A DNA stretch of 64,000 nucleotides, from NCBI GenBank assembly GCA_947627545.1, contig CANQWK010000006.1:175-64174 (forward strand), read 5' to 3'. The notes under the pieces were generated by a model, which saw only the letters and a list, made by a program, of their open reading frames with translations, was not told the DNA's origin and did no database searches. This document shows, piece after piece, positions 8,072 through 18,862 of this stretch. Made by a program: the position numbers and the translations under genes. Positions within the stretch are counted from its first letter, which is position 1; each line of letters starts with the position of its first letter. This DNA comes from an uncultured Clostridia bacterium (GTDB lineage Bacteria > Bacillota > Clostridia > Christensenellales > UBA1242).

Positions 8072-8737
8072 TTATCTTGAATTGGTGGATTGTGGGCTAA
8101 CTGCGGTTGGATATAGTGGCAAATCAAACACTCCTGGGCATACATCGTTATTAGCATAAGGTGTGCATGGCGGAATTGGGCAATATCCATAACTTGGTAC
8201 AAGCACATCTACCACTGCTACAACCTTTAAAATAGATGTAACGCAAGCATTAATAGAAAAGCCGCCTGTGGTTGGGTTAAACGAGCCAGACGAAATAACT
8301 GCACTGCCAAAAGCAATTACATCAATAGGCGTTAGCGATGGCTGAGGTACATATAAAATAACATCTTGAACAAGAGTTATTGTGCCAGTTGCGGTACCTG
8401 CAACGTTATTAGCATCGGTGTATGTAACAACAACAGGAATGTTCACATTTGCTTGAACACGAGCAAAATTTGGTCTATCTTCAAACCTTGTAACAACTAA
8501 ATTTGAAACAGTTGCATTGCCTCCAACCGAATTTCCGCTTACAAAATTAAGTGGAAGAGCAGGGTTTGCAGGGTTAAAATTAGTTAATGATAGTTGATAA
8601 TCTTCAATTTGAGATTGGTTCATGCAAGCATCAAAAACTTTTGTGGTTTGAATGCAAATTCTTTCACAAAGCCCATTTAAAGCGTTGTTTGTTTGGCCAG
8701 GGAAAATGCCTGGTCTTGCGTCAGTATAAAATGACAT
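8072..8737 (-). CDS. Conserved hypothetical Cys/Pro-rich beta-protein, possibly spore coat or exosporium
   Basis: ERICIQTTKVFDAC motif, C-terminal PSYGYCPIPPC; AGGAGG SD; no signal peptide. Confidence 0.55.
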   Translation of the reverse strand: MSFYTDARPGIFPGQTNNALNGLCERICIQTTKVFDACMNQSQIEDYQLSLTNFNPANPALPLNFVSGNSVGGNATVSNLVVTRFEDRPNFARVQANVNIPVVVTYTDANNVAGTATGTITLVQDVILYVPQPSLTPIDVIAFGSAVISSGSFNPTTGGFSINACVTSILKVVAVVDVLVPSYGYCPIPPCTPYANNDVCPGVFDLPLYPTAVSPQSTNSR

Positions 8738-8988
8738 TTTTTCCTCCTATAACTACTATTTAATATTCATCACACCATTTTTTTGTGAATTATGCCACAA
8801 TTTAATAATCAATGTTTTGTTGACTAATTATAAAAAAAGTGATAAAATAAAAAATAAGTAATTAAATTGTTAAAAATATTAAAAATTAAAATTTTTAAAA
8901 GGTAAAATACATTTTAAGTTTATAAGATATAAATAGCAAATAAATTAGTAAATAGAAAAATGTTATTAAAAGGGTTAAATAATATAAA

Positions 8989-9684
8989 ATGAAAATTTTT
9001 TCAATTAGCGATTTACATTTAGATATAAACAATACTAAGCCAATGGATATATTTGGCCCTGTTTGGCATGGACATACAGCCAAAATTGTAGAAGATTGGA
9101 AAAGCAAAGTAACAGATGATGATATTGTAATTTTGGCAGGAGATTATTCTTGGGCAATGAAATTGGAAGATGTTGTGCCAGATTTTCAGTTTTTAGTAGA
9201 TTTGCCTGGCACGAAAATTATAATTAGAGGCAATCATGATTACTGGTGGAGCAGCATTGCTCGAGTGCGAGAAAAATTGCCGCCAAAAACTTATGCACTT
9301 CAAAATGACGCAATAAAAATTGGAAATTATATTTTTTGCGGTAACCGAGGTTGGTTAATTCCGCAAGGCAAATTCGATACTGAGGAAAATAAAAAACTTT
9401 ATGCACGAGAGGTTATAAGATTAGAACTTTCACTTAAAGCCGCACAAAAATTGCAAACGAACAACGAAAAAATAATTTTTATAACACATTATCCGCCATT
9501 TAATAACAAAATTGAACCTAGCCAATATACCCAATTAATTGAACAATATGGTGTTTATAAAGTTGTATTTGCACATTTGCATGGATATATAAATCCTAAA
9601 ATGCTTTATAATGAAATAAATGGCATATCTTATTATTTAACCAGCTGCGATGCATTAAAAAATTCATTAATTCAAATTGATTAA
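8989..9684 (+). CDS. Calcineurin-like metallophosphoesterase
   Basis: SDLH, GD, RGNHD, THYPP and AHLH motifs. Confidence 0.88.
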   Translation: MKIFSISDLHLDINNTKPMDIFGPVWHGHTAKIVEDWKSKVTDDDIVILAGDYSWAMKLEDVVPDFQFLVDLPGTKIIIRGNHDYWWSSIARVREKLPPKTYALQNDAIKIGNYIFCGNRGWLIPQGKFDTEENKKLYAREVIRLELSLKAAQKLQTNNEKIIFITHYPPFNNKIEPSQYTQLIEQYGVYKVVFAHLHGYINPKMLYNEINGISYYLTSCDALKNSLIQID

Positions 9685-9802
9685 TTATATTGAAATTTAT
9701 AAATAATTTATAAATTAAATAATTAAAAATAATCAAAATTTATAAATAAAATTATTAAATATAAGCATAGTTTATAATAAAATTTAAATTTAAAGGTATA
9801 AG

Positions 9803-10732
9803 ATGGAATTTAATCACATTTCAGTTTTAAAAAAAGAGAGCATTGAAGGGCTAAACATTCGCCCTGATGGTTTTTATGTGGACTGCACTACGGGTGGCGG
9901 TGGGCATTCACTTGAAATTGCAAAACAATTAACAACAGGCAAATTAATTTGTATAGATAAAGATATCGATGCTTTAAAAAAAGCAAAGCAAGTTTTAAAA
10001 GAACATCTTAATAAAATAATTTTTGTTAATGATAATTTTGCAAATTTAGAAGAAATTTTAAACAGTTTAAACATAGCAAAGGTTGACGGAATTTTAGCAG
10101 ATTTAGGAGTTAGCAGTTATCAGCTAGACGAAGCAGAGCGAGGTTTTAGTTTTATGCGTAACGCAAAATTAGATATGCGAATGAATAAATCTCAAAAACT
10201 TTCTGCGTATGAAGTTATAAATAGTTACAGCGAAAGTGAACTTGCACGCATTATGTTTGAATATGGCGAAGAAAAAAATTCACGCCAGATAGCACGCAAA
10301 ATTTTAAAATTAAGGCAAATAAAACCAATTGAAACAACTTTTGAATTGCGAGATATTGTTATAGATAGTTATCCGCCAAAATTTAAAAATAAAACTAGTT
10401 TGCCAAACAAGGTGTTTCAAGCAATAAGAATAGAGGTTAACAACGAACTTAACGATTTGCCTAACGCAATTGAAACTATGTTGCAAAAGTTAAATAAAAA
10501 CGGCAGATTGTGTGTAATAACTTTTCATCCGTTAGAAGATAGAATTGTAAAAACTAAATTTAAACTTCATTCTACTGATTGCATTTGTCCGCCAAGAATA
10601 CCTAAATGTGTGTGTGGTCATAAAGCCGATATAAAACTTATAACCAAGCATCCAATTGTTCCGTCTAATGAAGAGTTACAATCAAATTCTCGCTCAACCT
10701 CGGCAAAATTGAGAATTGCAGAAAAATTATAA
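9803..10732 (+). CDS. rsmH: 16S rRNA m4C1402 methyltransferase
   Basis: HISVL, DCTTGGGGHS, DLGVSSYQLD, RGFSF, FQAIRIEVN, SAKLR. Confidence 0.97.
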   Translation: MEFNHISVLKKESIEGLNIRPDGFYVDCTTGGGGHSLEIAKQLTTGKLICIDKDIDALKKAKQVLKEHLNKIIFVNDNFANLEEILNSLNIAKVDGILADLGVSSYQLDEAERGFSFMRNAKLDMRMNKSQKLSAYEVINSYSESELARIMFEYGEEKNSRQIARKILKLRQIKPIETTFELRDIVIDSYPPKFKNKTSLPNKVFQAIRIEVNNELNDLPNAIETMLQKLNKNGRLCVITFHPLEDRIVKTKFKLHSTDCICPPRIPKCVCGHKADIKLITKHPIVPSNEELQSNSRSTSAKLRIAEKL

Positions 10733-10951
10733 AATTAATAAAAGAAATTGACAAAAATATTCTAAAAAGATAAAATACTAAAAATTTTATAAAAATGAAA
10801 AATAATATAAAAATTTACAAAAAATGTAAAAAATAACCATAATTTTTAAAATTTTGTTAAAATTTTGCTTAAATTTTAAAAAAATTGACGAAATTTTTAA
10901 CTTTTTTAAAAATTATGTGTTACAATATTGTTTACTAAGGAGGGTTTAATT

Positions 10952-11512
10952 ATGGAAGAAAATTTTAACCAAACCTTACAGCCAGAAAAAGAAACTCAAT
11001 CAACAACTCAAACAATAACTGAAACAGAAAAAGAAACTAAAGTAGGGTTGGAAGGTTTAGCAGATTTGCCACGCATTGAAGATTTATTGCGTAGTGAAAA
11101 AGAAATTAAACCTTCACAAAATTTTCAAGGTTTAACAACAGTTAACAATAATTCGCAAAAAGAAGATAAGCCTTTTACGTTAAAAAAAGATGAAAAAAAA
11201 GCTTATGTAAAAAAACGAGTTAAAGTTTTAACATCTGTATATGTTGCGGTTGTAGGCTTGTTGTTTGCGTTTGTGTTTGGAAACGCAATTACAATGGCAG
11301 TGCTATCAAAAAAAATAAATTCTAACACAGATACAATTCAAAGCCGTTCGGAAATTGTTCAAGCGTATGAAATAAATTCTTCTCAAGAAGAACAAGAAGC
11401 AAGTGGAACATTTCAAGTTAAACTTAACGAGCCAAGAGATTATAGCGATGATACCAAAGAACTAACCTTTTTTGATAAATTAACAATTTTATTTAGAAAT
11501 CTTTTTGGTTAA
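10952..11512 (+). CDS. Bitopic membrane protein in the ftsL position (FtsL-like)
   Basis: Lies between rsmH and the PBP gene; single central TM preceded by basic residues; ATG 10952 has an AAGGAGG SD. Confidence 0.5.
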   Translation: MEENFNQTLQPEKETQSTTQTITETEKETKVGLEGLADLPRIEDLLRSEKEIKPSQNFQGLTTVNNNSQKEDKPFTLKKDEKKAYVKKRVKVLTSVYVAVVGLLFAFVFGNAITMAVLSKKINSNTDTIQSRSEIVQAYEINSSQEEQEASGTFQVKLNEPRDYSDDTKELTFFDKLTILFRNLFG

Positions 11513-11548
11513 AATTCTAAAATACGCTTATAAAAAATAAAATGTTTT

Positions 11549-13453
11549 ATGAGCGGATTTAAAACCTTTTATAATTTTTATAATATAGAAAGAAGATTTG
11601 TTGCAATAATTTTAATTGTTGCAACTCTTTTTATTGCACTTTTAGGCAGAGTTTTTTATTTGCAAATTGTAAACGGAAAACAGCTTCAAACTATGGCTGC
11701 TGACGAATGGCTTAGAGATTTACCTTTAAGTAGCAAACGTGGCGAAATTTATGATGCCAACGGCGTTAGTCTGGCAACAACAATAACTACTTATGACGTT
11801 TATGTTAGGGCAAGAAATGTGGAAAACGCTATAGATTTAGCAAATGCTTTATCTAACGAATTGAATTTAGATTATTCAAATGTATATAAAAAAATAATAA
11901 ATAAAAATATAAGCGAAGTTTTAATAAAAATGCAAGTAGATGAACATATTGCCTTAAATTTAACGCAGTTTAGCGGAGTATATTTATCTCAAAATGTCGC
12001 ACGAGTTTATCCCTATTCAAACTTGTTAACGCAGGTTTTAGGTTATTGCACAATTGACAACATTGGTCAGGCAGGTTTGGAGTTGTATTATGATAAATAT
12101 TTAAAAGGAATTGATGGTAAAAGTTTAACTCAAACCAACGCACAAGGCAAGGAAATTGAAAATTCACTAGGCTATTATATTCCTAGCGTGCCTGGTGCAG
12201 ATTTATATACAACAATTGATGTTCAAATGCAATCAATTTTAGAAAAAGAATTGCAAACTGCTTATGAAGAACATAAGGCAACAAGTGTAAGCGGAATAAT
12301 TTTAGATGCTGAAACTGGCGGAATAAAGGCGATGAGTAATCTTCCAAGTTTTGATTTAAATAACGTTCCGCGAGATGACATAAACATGCTTCAAAACCGT
12401 ACAAAAAACTCATGCGTTGTAGATGTTTATGAGCCAGGAAGTACATTTAAATTAATAACGTTAGCCGCAGCATTAAATGAAGGACTAACAGATATAAATG
12501 AACATTTCTTTTGTGGTGGAAGAACAACTGTTGACGGCGAAACAATTAAATGTTGGAAAACAACGGGTCATGGAAATTTAACTTTAATGGAAGCGTTTAA
12601 GGCTAGTTGCAACTGCGTTTTTGTTAATTTGGCGTTGCGAGTAGGACTAGATAAATTTTATGAATATTTAAATTATTTTGGCATTGGCAAAAAAACAGGG
12701 GTAGATATTGCAAGTGAAAGTAGTGGAATTATAATGCCAAAAGAAAATGTTAGAAGAGTGGATTTAGCTAGAATAGGCTTTGGACATGCAATTGCAGTAA
12801 CTCAACTTCAAATGGCAAATGTTTACGCAAAAATAACAACAGGAAATCAAATTACACCCCACCTTTTAGATAAAATTTCGGTAGATGATAAAATTTTATA
12901 TCAAATAAGTTCTCCAAAAACAAAAGTTAAATTATCGCAAAATACAATTCAAACAATAAATTCAATGCTTGCAAATAATGTTAACAGCGAAGGAAAGTTC
13001 ACTTTTATTGCTGGTTATGATGTGGGTGGCAAAACAGGCACGGCACAAAAATATGATGAAAATGGAAAAATTGCAACAGGTAAATATATTTCAAGTTGCA
13101 TAACCACATATCCAGCTCAAAATCCTAAATATATTTTTATTGCAACAGTAAATGAACCTAGTAATGGAGCATATTATGGTGGAGTTGTTGCAAAGCCGAT
13201 TGGAGAAAAAGTTTTTAGCAAAATTTTTGAAACAAAAGCAATTCAACCAACTGATGAAAGCCAACTTAATAACACTCCAAATATTGAAATGCCAAATGTA
13301 GTAGGCATGAGTTTGGCAGAAGCAGTTGCAACATTAAAACAGTTAGGTCTAGATTGTATTTTTGATGGCGAAGGAGAATATGTAATTGCACAACTTCCAC
13401 CACAAGGAACAAAATTATATTTTGCCGAAATTGTTTTCTTAATTACAAATTAA
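11549..13453 (+). CDS. spoVD: Class B penicillin-binding protein (SpoVD/FtsI-like) with PASTA domain
   Basis: RGEIYD, EPGSTFK, SCN and KTGT motifs; C-terminal MPNVVGMS PASTA. Confidence 0.85.
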   Translation: MSGFKTFYNFYNIERRFVAIILIVATLFIALLGRVFYLQIVNGKQLQTMAADEWLRDLPLSSKRGEIYDANGVSLATTITTYDVYVRARNVENAIDLANALSNELNLDYSNVYKKIINKNISEVLIKMQVDEHIALNLTQFSGVYLSQNVARVYPYSNLLTQVLGYCTIDNIGQAGLELYYDKYLKGIDGKSLTQTNAQGKEIENSLGYYIPSVPGADLYTTIDVQMQSILEKELQTAYEEHKATSVSGIILDAETGGIKAMSNLPSFDLNNVPRDDINMLQNRTKNSCVVDVYEPGSTFKLITLAAALNEGLTDINEHFFCGGRTTVDGETIKCWKTTGHGNLTLMEAFKASCNCVFVNLALRVGLDKFYEYLNYFGIGKKTGVDIASESSGIIMPKENVRRVDLARIGFGHAIAVTQLQMANVYAKITTGNQITPHLLDKISVDDKILYQISSPKTKVKLSQNTIQTINSMLANNVNSEGKFTFIAGYDVGGKTGTAQKYDENGKIATGKYISSCITTYPAQNPKYIFIATVNEPSNGAYYGGVVAKPIGEKVFSKIFETKAIQPTDESQLNNTPNIEMPNVVGMSLAEAVATLKQLGLDCIFDGEGEYVIAQLPPQGTKLYFAEIVFLITN

Positions 13454-13664
13454 AAAAAATAAAAAAAATTCAAAAATAAAAAAAATTTAATAACAAAAAA
13501 TAAAAAATTTTTAAAAAACAGTATAAAAAACAAAAAATATAGCAAAAAACCAATAAAATTTTAACTTTTTTAAAAATTTTATCATAAATTTAATCATTTT
13601 GTCTTATTTTGGCTGCTTAGTTAAATTTGTAATTTTACATGATAAATTAGCAATAGGAGATGTT

Positions 13665-15122
13665 ATGAAGTTGTATGATATAATTTCCAATTTAAAATTT
13701 ATAGGCATAAAACATTATCAAGATATAGAAATTAATGCACTTACCTGTTCTAGTAAAGAAAGAGTTTCAAATGGAATTTATTTTTGCATAAAAGGCCTAT
13801 CGCAAGATGGTCATAAATTTGCTTTGGAAAGCGTAAAAAATGGAGCAGTTTGCTTAGTTGTTGAAAAATATTTAGATATTCCTATAACTCAAATTTTGGT
13901 TGAAAATTCTAGAATTGCAATGTCTTATATAAGTTCAATATTTTATCAAACATATAAATCTAAAATGAAATTTATAGGAATAACCGGCACAAATGGAAAA
14001 ACAACAACATCGTATGTAATTAGAGAAATTTTAACAAATCTTGGCAAGAAAGTAGGATTAATAGGAACGGAGGGAGTTTATATAAATAATTTATTATTGC
14101 CTTCTAGTTTAACAACTCCTGACCCAATTATGTTGCACAAAATTATTTACGAAATGGAAAGTAATGGATGTGAATATTGTGTTATGGAAGTAAGTGCACA
14201 TTCAATAGCTTTAAATAAAATTGATAACATAAATTTCGATGTTGCAGGCTTAACAAATATAACAAAGGACCATTTAGATTTTTTTCTCTCAATGGAAAAT
14301 TATATTAAATGCAAAGCAAGTTTATTTAATGTTAAACATACAAAATTAGGAGTAATAAATGCCGACACAAAACAATTAAAAGATATAGCAAAAAAATCTA
14401 ATTGTGAAATAACAACAATAGGCAAAGATGGCGAAGTTAAAATTGAAGAAATAATACAAACTTTAAGGGGTACTAATTTTAAAATAAGTTTTAATAATAA
14501 ACAATATTCAGTCCATACAAATTTGCTAGGCGAATATAATGTACACAACGTTTTGTTAGCAATTATTTGTGTTGCAAAAATGGGTTTTAAAATAACTGAA
14601 ATTATAAATGTTGTAAAAAATAATATTATTATAGTGCCAGGAAGATTTAATGTATTAAATATAGATGCTAATTTTAATGTAATTGTAGATTATGCACACA
14701 CTCCAGACGGAATAAAAAATGTACTTTCCACAATAAAAAAACTTTCAATTTCGCGATTAATTACCGTGTTTGGCTGCGGTGGAAATAGAGATAAAACAAA
14801 GCGTGCAGAAATGGGACAAATTGCGTCAGAGCTAAGTGATTATGTTGTTGTTACAACTGACAATCCACGAGATGAAAATCCTGAAATGATAATAGATGAT
14901 ATTTTAAGAAACAATGATAAAGAAAATATAGTTAGAATTTTAGATAGAAAATCTGCTATAGAATATGCGCTTTCAATTGCAAAAAGGGGAGATGTTGTAG
15001 CAATTTTAGGCAAAGGAGCGGAAAATTATCAAGAGGTAAAAGGAATAAAATTGCCATTTAGCGATTATGCAGTAGTTGATGAATATTTTAAATATAAATC
15101 GAAGGACGAATTAAAAGCATGA
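13665..15122 (+). CDS. murE: UDP-MurNAc-tripeptide synthetase (meso-DAP type)
   Basis: TGTNGKTT, TTPD, MEVSAH, DYAHTPD, FGCGGNRD, DNPR; start moved to ATG 13665 after AGGAG. Confidence 0.95.
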   Translation: MKLYDIISNLKFIGIKHYQDIEINALTCSSKERVSNGIYFCIKGLSQDGHKFALESVKNGAVCLVVEKYLDIPITQILVENSRIAMSYISSIFYQTYKSKMKFIGITGTNGKTTTSYVIREILTNLGKKVGLIGTEGVYINNLLLPSSLTTPDPIMLHKIIYEMESNGCEYCVMEVSAHSIALNKIDNINFDVAGLTNITKDHLDFFLSMENYIKCKASLFNVKHTKLGVINADTKQLKDIAKKSNCEITTIGKDGEVKIEEIIQTLRGTNFKISFNNKQYSVHTNLLGEYNVHNVLLAIICVAKMGFKITEIINVVKNNIIIVPGRFNVLNIDANFNVIVDYAHTPDGIKNVLSTIKKLSISRLITVFGCGGNRDKTKRAEMGQIASELSDYVVVTTDNPRDENPEMIIDDILRNNDKENIVRILDRKSAIEYALSIAKRGDVVAILGKGAENYQEVKGIKLPFSDYAVVDEYFKYKSKDELKA

Positions 15123-16117
15123 TTAAATTAATTTTATCATTTCTAATAAGTTTTGTTCTTTCGCTTATTTTAATGCCGTTAATTATTAAAATTTTAAAAA
15201 AACAGAGTGCTGGACAAACCATATTAGGATATGTTGAAGAACATAAATCAAAAAACGGAACGCTTACAATGGGCGGAGTTGTATTTATAATTACAACGCT
15301 TTCTTTGGTATTTTTCTTTTTAAAATATAATTCAATATGGTTTATGGTTTTGCTTGTAAGTGTGTTTTTTGGTGTGCTTGGATTTATGGATGATTTTATT
15401 AAGGTTAAATTTAAACAAAATTTAGGACTTCGTCCATATCAAAAAATAATAGGACAAGTTGGAATATCTGTAATTTTTGCAATGTTTGTTTACTTTTTTA
15501 GCGGACAAGCAGGTAATATAATAATTCCATTTTCTAATATAGTTATTAATTTGAAATGGATTGTAATTCCGCTTGTTATTATTGTTTTGTTGGCAACAAC
15601 AAATAGTGTTAATTTAACTGATGGTTTAGATGGCTTAGCGGGTAGTGTTAGCTTAATATATTTGGTGTTTTTTACAATAATTGCAAACATATATGCAAAT
15701 AAAATTTATCAGCTAGGTGAAACAGGGCAACTTATTGAAACAATTAAAAATATAAATATTTTATCTATGTTGTTTGCTGGTTCAATTTTAGGATTTTTAA
15801 TTTTTAACACAAATAAAGCCAGCATATTTATGGGGGATGTTGGTTCGCTGTGCCTTGGCGGATACATTGGTGCTTCCGCATGTGTTTTAGGTTTTGAATT
15901 TTTAATTTTAATTTTAGGTTTTTGTTTTGTGTTTAGTGCAGTATCAGTAATTTTGCAAGTTGCATTTTTTAAGTTAAAACATAAACGAATTTTTAAAATG
16001 GCACCATTTCATCATCATTTACAGATGTCTGGTTTAAGCGAACCGAAAATTGTTTTAATATATTCTTCCGTAACAATTTGCATTGGATTGATATGTGTAA
16101 TTTTATATTTAATTTAA
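15119..16117 (+). CDS. mraY: Phospho-MurNAc-pentapeptide transferase
   Basis: TMGG, DDFIK, NLTDGLDGL, FMGDVGS, MAPFHHH. Confidence 0.96.
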   Translation: MIKLILSFLISFVLSLILMPLIIKILKKQSAGQTILGYVEEHKSKNGTLTMGGVVFIITTLSLVFFFLKYNSIWFMVLLVSVFFGVLGFMDDFIKVKFKQNLGLRPYQKIIGQVGISVIFAMFVYFFSGQAGNIIIPFSNIVINLKWIVIPLVIIVLLATTNSVNLTDGLDGLAGSVSLIYLVFFTIIANIYANKIYQLGETGQLIETIKNINILSMLFAGSILGFLIFNTNKASIFMGDVGSLCLGGYIGASACVLGFEFLILILGFCFVFSAVSVILQVAFFKLKHKRIFKMAPFHHHLQMSGLSEPKIVLIYSSVTICIGLICVILYLI

Positions 16118-16291
16118 TAAAAAATTTTTAAAAGTTAAAAAAATAATATGTTTTTTATAAAATTTGTAAATTTTAATGCTATTTTTTAAAAATTTTAAAA
16201 ATTTTTATGTTTTTAATATTTTTTAAATTACAAAAATAATTCAGTTTGTAATATAAATTTAAAATAAAAAATAAATTTAAATGGGTGATGT

Positions 16292-17602
16292 ATGAATTTT
16301 AAAAATAAAAATGTTTTAGTTTATGGGTTATCTAGTTCAGGAGAGTGGGCAGCAAAACTTTTGTTAAAACTTAAAGCAAGCGTTTTTTTGTTTGATGACA
16401 ATTTAGAAAAGTTAAAAACAAAACATTTTAAAAATTGTTATTTAGTTCAATCGCTAAATGAAAATTTTATTTCTCAATTTGATTACATTATATTATCACC
16501 TTCTATAGAGCCAGATAATGAAAATGTAATAATTGCAAAACAGTTAGGAATAAGAATTTTTAGTGAATTAGAATTTGCTAGTTTATTTGCAAAAAATTAT
16601 GTAGCAATAACGGGTACTAATGGAAAAACAACAACGGTTCAATTGCTAACTGCCTTATTAAATAAAAAGCAAAAAGCAATTGCTTGCGGAAATATTGGTT
16701 ATCCACTTTCAAAAGCGGTTTTGGAAAATAAAAAACAAATTAAGGTTATAGAAGTAAGCAGTTTTATGTTGGAAAATGCTGTTTCTTTTCATCCTCATAT
16801 TGCTACAATTTTAAACATTCAGCCTGACCATTTAATTAGGCATAAATCAATGGAAGAATATGCTAAATTAAAATACAACATTTTTAACAATTTAACAGCT
16901 AATGATTACGCAGTAATTAATTTAGACAATGAAATTCGTCCTAAGCAACAAACAATGTTAGTTACATATTCTCAAACTCGTTCGGCTGACGTATATTTAA
17001 AAAATGGAGCAATTTTTTTACACAATAATAAAATTATAAACAAAAACGAACTAAATATTAAAGGTAAGCACAATATTTACAATGTGATGTGTGCAATTTG
17101 TTTTGCTTATATTTTAAAAGTTAAGCCAAATGATATGCAATTAGTTTTAAAAAATTTTTATGCCGATGATTATAGAATTCAACATGTAGCAACAATTAAT
17201 AATATTAATTTTTATAATGATAGCAAATCAACAAACATCTCTTCAACATTGGCTAGTGTAGAAACAGTTAAAGGACCAATTATTCTTTTGCTTGGCGGTT
17301 CAAACAAATTTTTAAATTATAACGAATTGTTTTCAAATTTATCTTCTCGCGTTAATTATATTTTTGTTTATGGCGAAATTTCAAATGATTTAGAAACTGC
17401 AAATAATAACAAATTTAAATTAAAAAAATGCCGTGATTTAACAGAGGCCTTTGAAAATGCAACAAAAGTGGCTATTAGCGGTGATAACATTTTGCTTTCT
17501 CCGGCAACTGCAAGTTATGACCAATTTTCTAATTACATAGAAAGGGGCAAAAAATTTAATGAATTGGTGAGGGAATATGAAACTAAAACAAAACAAAGAT
17601 AG
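16292..17602 (+). CDS. murD: UDP-MurNAc-L-Ala:D-Glu ligase
   Basis: ITGTNGKTT, EVSSF, NIQPDHLIRH, NDSKSTN, LSPATASYDQF. Confidence 0.95.
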   Translation: MNFKNKNVLVYGLSSSGEWAAKLLLKLKASVFLFDDNLEKLKTKHFKNCYLVQSLNENFISQFDYIILSPSIEPDNENVIIAKQLGIRIFSELEFASLFAKNYVAITGTNGKTTTVQLLTALLNKKQKAIACGNIGYPLSKAVLENKKQIKVIEVSSFMLENAVSFHPHIATILNIQPDHLIRHKSMEEYAKLKYNIFNNLTANDYAVINLDNEIRPKQQTMLVTYSQTRSADVYLKNGAIFLHNNKIINKNELNIKGKHNIYNVMCAICFAYILKVKPNDMQLVLKNFYADDYRIQHVATINNINFYNDSKSTNISSTLASVETVKGPIILLLGGSNKFLNYNELFSNLSSRVNYIFVYGEISNDLETANNNKFKLKKCRDLTEAFENATKVAISGDNILLSPATASYDQFSNYIERGKKFNELVREYETKTKQR

Positions 17603-18698
17603 TTTAGTTTTAATTTTTTCGACTTTAATTCTTGCTATTTTTGGTTGCGTAATGGTTTACAGTGCAAGTAAATATTCAGCATCTCAAAGTTATGCTGATA
17701 GTTTTTTCTATTTAAAAAAACAAATAATAGGTGTTGTAATAGGTTTTATAGGTTTAGTGATATGTTCATTTGTAAATCATAAAATTTATAGAAAGTTTTA
17801 TTGGATATTTTATTTTGTTGGGCTAGTGTTTTTACTTTTAGTTTTCATTCCGGGTTTAAGTAGAACAAGTTATGGTGCAACTCGCTGGATAGGAATAGGA
17901 AATTTTACTTTGCAGCCTAGTGAAATTTCTAAATTTTGCCTTGTATTCTTTTTGGCAGGCTATTTAAGTGATGGAGATAAACTTTCAAAAATAAAACATA
18001 TTTTAATAACGCTTTGTTTGGGCGGAGTGTATTGCTTGCTAATTATGTTAGAGCCTAATATGTCAATAACTATGTGCGTAGCTTTCACTTTAATTTTCAT
18101 GATGTTCATTGGTGGGTTACGCCTAAAAGTTTTTGGATTTTTAACAATTCCTGCAATAGCCTTGGTTGTTGTGTTAATTTTAATAGAACCTTATAGGCTA
18201 AGCCGAATTGTTGCATTTTTAAATCCGTGGGAAAATCCATTAGATGAAGGTTATCAATTAATTCAATCGTTATATGCAATAGGCAGCGGCGGTTTATGGG
18301 GAGTAGGTTTATTTAAAAGCCGACAAGCTGAATTATTTTTGCCATTTAGTGAATCGGATTTTATATTTTCTATTATAGCAGAAGAACTCGGTTTTGCCGG
18401 CTGCGTTATTTTATGCGTGGTGTTTATGCTTTTAATTATTTCAATTTTAAAAATTGGCATGCGCGCAAACAATAAATTTTCGTCTTTTTTATGCTTTGGG
18501 ATAGCGTCAATAATAAGTATTCAAGTTTTGCTTAACATAGCCGTAGTAACAGGCTCAATTCCGCCTACAGGTTTACCTTTGCCTTTAATAAGTGCAGGAA
18601 GCACCTCACTTTTTGTGTTTATGTCGGCAATAGGTGTAGTTTTAAATGTAAACAAACAAACACTTAAAGAAAGTTCAATTTATATTAAAACTCATTAA
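17577..18698 (+). CDS. ftsW: SEDS peptidoglycan polymerase FtsW/SpoVE
   Basis: GATRW, QPSE, GYQLIQS, LPFSESDFIF, TGLPLPLIS. Confidence 0.93.
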   Translation: MKLKQNKDSLVLIFSTLILAIFGCVMVYSASKYSASQSYADSFFYLKKQIIGVVIGFIGLVICSFVNHKIYRKFYWIFYFVGLVFLLLVFIPGLSRTSYGATRWIGIGNFTLQPSEISKFCLVFFLAGYLSDGDKLSKIKHILITLCLGGVYCLLIMLEPNMSITMCVAFTLIFMMFIGGLRLKVFGFLTIPAIALVVVLILIEPYRLSRIVAFLNPWENPLDEGYQLIQSLYAIGSGGLWGVGLFKSRQAELFLPFSESDFIFSIIAEELGFAGCVILCVVFMLLIISILKIGMRANNKFSSFLCFGIASIISIQVLLNIAVVTGSIPPTGLPLPLISAGSTSLFVFMSAIGVVLNVNKQTLKESSIYIKTH

Positions 18699-18862
18699 AA
18701 AACAAAATTAAAAAATTTAATAAAATTAAAACATTTTCACACAACTTTAAAAAAATTATACTTAAAACAAAAAAGCCACTCACACAAAATCTTTAAAGCC
18801 TTCATTTAAAACCATTTAATATACAATTTATCATTAAATATTAGTAATTCATATATAATTAT

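Noticed and set aside
18829-18862. sigmaE promoter upstream of murA
   Set aside because: A CATA-like box is present but the spacing and last base do not fit the consensus, and the AT-rich background makes chance matches likely.
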